DNA of 64,000 nt, from positions 704,001 through 768,000 of the forward strand of contig CBDCCK010000002.1 of assembly GCA_965214835.1 (NCBI GenBank), in the 5' to 3' direction. The stretch is from Nitrosopumilaceae archaeon (GTDB lineage Archaea > Thermoproteota > Nitrososphaeria > Nitrososphaerales > Nitrosopumilaceae). Positions within the stretch are counted from its first letter, which is position 1. Each line of letters opens with the position of its first letter. Below, piece by piece: positions 62,301 to 64,000 of the stretch. The notes under the pieces were generated by a model. That model was not told where the DNA came from, ran no database searches, and was given only the letters and a program-made list of their open reading frames with translations. A program made the position numbers and the translations under genes.

Positions 62301-62565
62301 GGAACATGTCATAGGCCTACTACAAAAGGTCACCAGTATCTCAGTCGAGACGATGAAGCTGCGGCGGGATCTTGAAAACATGCCTTGGGGGAAGCAGCCG
62401 GAACTGCACCTTAAGAAGTCTGATGCCGGCAATGACAAGACGATGAGAAAATTGCAAACAAAAAAAACCAGACAACAGCCTAAAAAACCTAAAAAACCCA
62501 AGAAATCAAAGAAATCCAAGCTCCAAGACACGCTTGACGGAACCGGCCAGAAAAGGCTGTTCTGA
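59371..62565 (+). CDS. N6-adenine methyltransferase with Type ISP-like specificity domain
   Basis: YTPSEVVDFMV, LDPATGTGTF, GNPPY, YRPF, FPRIPL; ATGA overlap with the helicase. Confidence 0.93.
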   Translation: MSFEDRLESLQRTLKLSGYENIRHFVDISALVRDESVSDCEIIARKDFYNILYLEAKSNWRGIATDVAKKQSKPCLVITGYGESHLILSTIKDYFTNPRPRHVIIDTRSKTHSFDGFAKLIKVRPEDDFVSIDEQVHHAFDEFAAYEEALDEFGENLKNAIKNTREIIVKASKNNKRYDAESEQFLEMCHKVISNKLKSDDITEMILQHVLTYKIFSLIYDEHELHSTNAIARSLEGIIDTLGVDMEQISTGYQTTKLVAESLTDFAEKQDFLKRVYETFYAEYDPKNKDSWGIAYTPSEVVDFMVRSTDQLLEKHFGKSMSDDCVTLLDPATGTGTFITQILRHLKHNSVKTKYENDIFANDISLLAYYIAALNIENTYQEITGQVKEFENICWMDTLATGTKDFGKVSTYFDEQDNVKRISKQQVKDICVVLGNPPYNAVQVSFNDANPADKYPDLDKKIEETYVKNSTVGNKDKQYDMYKRFLKWASERIKNNGMVIFVSNNSFLDAKSDDGFRRSVFEEFDYIYTVNLKGNARLSGDAWRREGDKIFGQSARVGISISFFIKTGENHSEIRYVEIDDYLKREDKLKWLADNSLSTLQLREIVPDEDAVWLNQTDNDFKKLVPIVSDKEKSVFELLSMGLTSNRDEWVYDLGRKSLENKMRYFVDFYNKSVAQYQNEHPKDTEFKDWADKKIKWTEDFFKHIKRGNKIAYSKSNIKDVMYRPFVLKKNYFDKIITHRQRKFPNIFKNSSRNRLINFTNPTPKSRFHALVSDKIVDLHYVIDTQCIPLYTYDDGGKRHSNVTDFGLELFQKHYRNKAIADEDIFYYTYAIFNDPKYQEKYKYDLQRKFPRIPLAENFGDWVKIGRKLYDLHVNFECVKKYPLKRTDKKTAKNQTRLLLKKPKEEDNSQDFTIMIDDNTMLEGVPKETLQYKFSSKCALEWILEFYKESKNVISDKSCDDPKIREKFNTYRFADYKEHVIGLLQKVTSISVETMKLRRDLENMPWGKQPELHLKKSDAGNDKTMRKLQTKKTRQQPKKPKKPKKSKKSKLQDTLDGTGQKRLF

Positions 62566-62703
62566 CCTTCAACATTCCCGAAGCCAACGCTTGTAGCGTG
62601 CCATCAATCGTTTGTTCTTGCCGACGTCTCTAACACTCTAATTTAACACCCCAGCACCCTAATTTAACAGGTCTCTGAAAACTCTCGGAGATTTACCAGA
62701 GTA
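60670..62703 (+). repeat. Right inverted arm
   Basis: Identical blocks 60670-60977, 61131-61268, 61432-61622; near-identical block 62162-62703. Confidence 0.95.
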
Positions 62704-62711
62704 CTAAACTG
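62704..62711 (+). repeat. Right 8-bp direct repeat ctaaactg
   Basis: Matches 51142-51149; followed by another IS6-like end (tacactggtaagttaacgggag). Confidence 0.85.
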
Positions 62712-62918
62712 TACACTGGTAAGTTAACGGGAGCTGATTTCTCCTGGAAGGCGTCGGGAGCCGGAACCGGTGGCTATCCCTCATGCTAACGGCCGGGTGA
62801 TGTCGGAGGAGGTGACCTAGTACAAAAGAAGGCTTCTTGGTTTTGTCTGGATTTGGCTCAGCGTCTCATTTGGCATCTTGGGTTGGCCGGTTGATGCTAG
62901 TCACGCACAGAATATACG

Positions 62919-63200
62919 CTAGTCTAGAATGACTGGTCTCCAGTCAGACAGATTACGGGAGTTATAATTGCACTCATCCTGATCGTTGTACATCCATTCG
63001 TTATTGTCTAATATCACAACGCCGCCAAAGAGGCTCTTGGAGTTCTTTATGTATCGCGTAAGCGCTTCGGCCTTGTATTTGGCCTCTTTTGCAGTAAATC
63101 CTTCCTTGGTATCGAACAGCCCTACCTTGCCATTCTCCATGCGGATTATAAAATCAAGCCGGAGCAAATCCGGATGAGTATTTCCTGACGAAGGTATCAA
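62919..63200 (-). pseudogene. Type III restriction Res endonuclease C-terminal fragment
   Basis: DFII....KVGLFDTK.G......KAEAL..Y. Confidence 0.6.
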
Positions 63201-63239
63201 AAACTCACTGTATTTCTTCCGCGCTAGCTGGATTCCGAG

Positions 63240-63735
63240 ACACGGTTCTGGCTGGCCCAGACGGTCTCAGAACACAAGGGAAACGACGACGTGTCCCCGA
63301 TGTTCAGGGATGCCAAGAGGAAGGCAAGCAAAATCCCAAAGATGCTGATATCGGACAGGGCTGCAAACTTTCACCATGCATGGAGGGAGCAGTACCGATC
63401 CAAGAACTTCCTCCACAAGGACACCGAACATCACAGGAACATCCATCTCTCCGGCGACATGAACAACAACCAGATGGAGTCATTCAACGGCAACACACAG
63501 GGCCTGCGAGAAGGTGATCCGTGGGATTAAGAGGGACGATTCTGCCATACTCAGGGGGATGCAGATCCACCACAACTACATCAGGCCCCATCAGGGTCTT
63601 GACGGCGACATGCCGGCAGACAGGGCCGGAATCAGAATAATGGGAGAAAACAAGTGGAAGACCATAATCCAGAACGCCCATACCAGCTCCCGACGCTTTC
63701 CGGGAGAAATCAGCTCCCGTTAGCTTACCAGTCCC
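63240..63735 (+). pseudogene. IS6-family transposase 3' fragment with right end
   Basis: LISD, NNNQMESFNG, HNYIRPH, NKWKTIIQNA; end cttaccagtccc. Confidence 0.85.
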
Positions 63736-63744
63736 CATGAGCAA

Positions 63745-64000
63745 TATGCCTGAAATAGAAAGCGAATATTCTCCGACGTACAAACGCATACCTGTGGCGG
63801 GGATTTTTGGAGGCATACGGCCATTTGGCGTCGAAGTCGTCCTGTATTCTGAAAGCATGGACATAAAAAACATTGGAAACCCATCCTCCGTCAAACAGTA
63901 GAACATCAATCAAGCGTACCGCCAAATGCGAACTCCTCATCGATCCAATGCAGATGAGGAGTATACACAAGTGGCTGGAAAATAAAATCAAAGAGTATGA
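63745..64000 (+). pseudogene. Frameshifted hypothetical gene running off the window
   Basis: MPEIESEYSPTYKRIPVAGIFGG..., then ..CELLIDP..IHKWLENKIKEY in another frame. Confidence 0.4.

Larger units (their letters stand above)
51150..62703. mobile_element. 11.55-kb transposon-like element carrying an invertible R-M locus
   Basis: Ends TACTCTGGTAAATCT / AGATTTACCAGAGTA, ~2-kb inverted arms, 8-bp direct repeat, internal DDE transposase and tyrosine recombinase. Confidence 0.8.

Noticed and set aside
51288-62565. Diversity-generating retroelement TR/VR pair
   Set aside because: Differences are not adenine-specific, include indels, and no reverse transcriptase is present
56075-62565. DISARM or BREX
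   Set aside because: No drmA/drmB or pglZ/brxC partner genes in the window
51150-62703. Casposon
   Set aside because: Has TIRs and a TSD but no Cas1 or family B polymerase gene

Overview
Window from an archaeon, most likely Nitrosopumilaceae (Thaumarchaeota), inferred from TFE, aTrm56, HflX, NAC, UbiD, AbrB-PhoU and PUA genes at about 23.6-42 kb. The core block sits in a very IS-rich region (IS5/ISL2-like, IS66, IS481, ISH3, IS630, IS6, IS110 and TnpB remnants, several MITE families). Three main observations. (1) An 11.55-kb element (51150-62703) flanked by an 8-bp direct repeat has 2-kb inverted arms that are two alternative C-terminal specificity halves of a Type ISP-like methyltransferase. 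The arms enclose a tyrosine recombinase, a SWIM-DDE IS6-like transposase, an RHH gene, a PLD-SNF2 helicase and the single methyltransferase N-terminus. This suggests a mobile, invertible restriction-modification shufflon, with a third orphan cassette next to it. (2) Two independent 36-bp foreign insertions, each with a 36-37-bp target duplication, lie inside mobile elements (13492-13601, 33481-33588); this is the geometry of off-target CRISPR spacer integration. (3) An AT-rich DUF6527-like/tandem-Ubl/E2/E1 ubiquitination-like operon (16362-18255). All family assignments come from motif recognition by eye; no database search was run.
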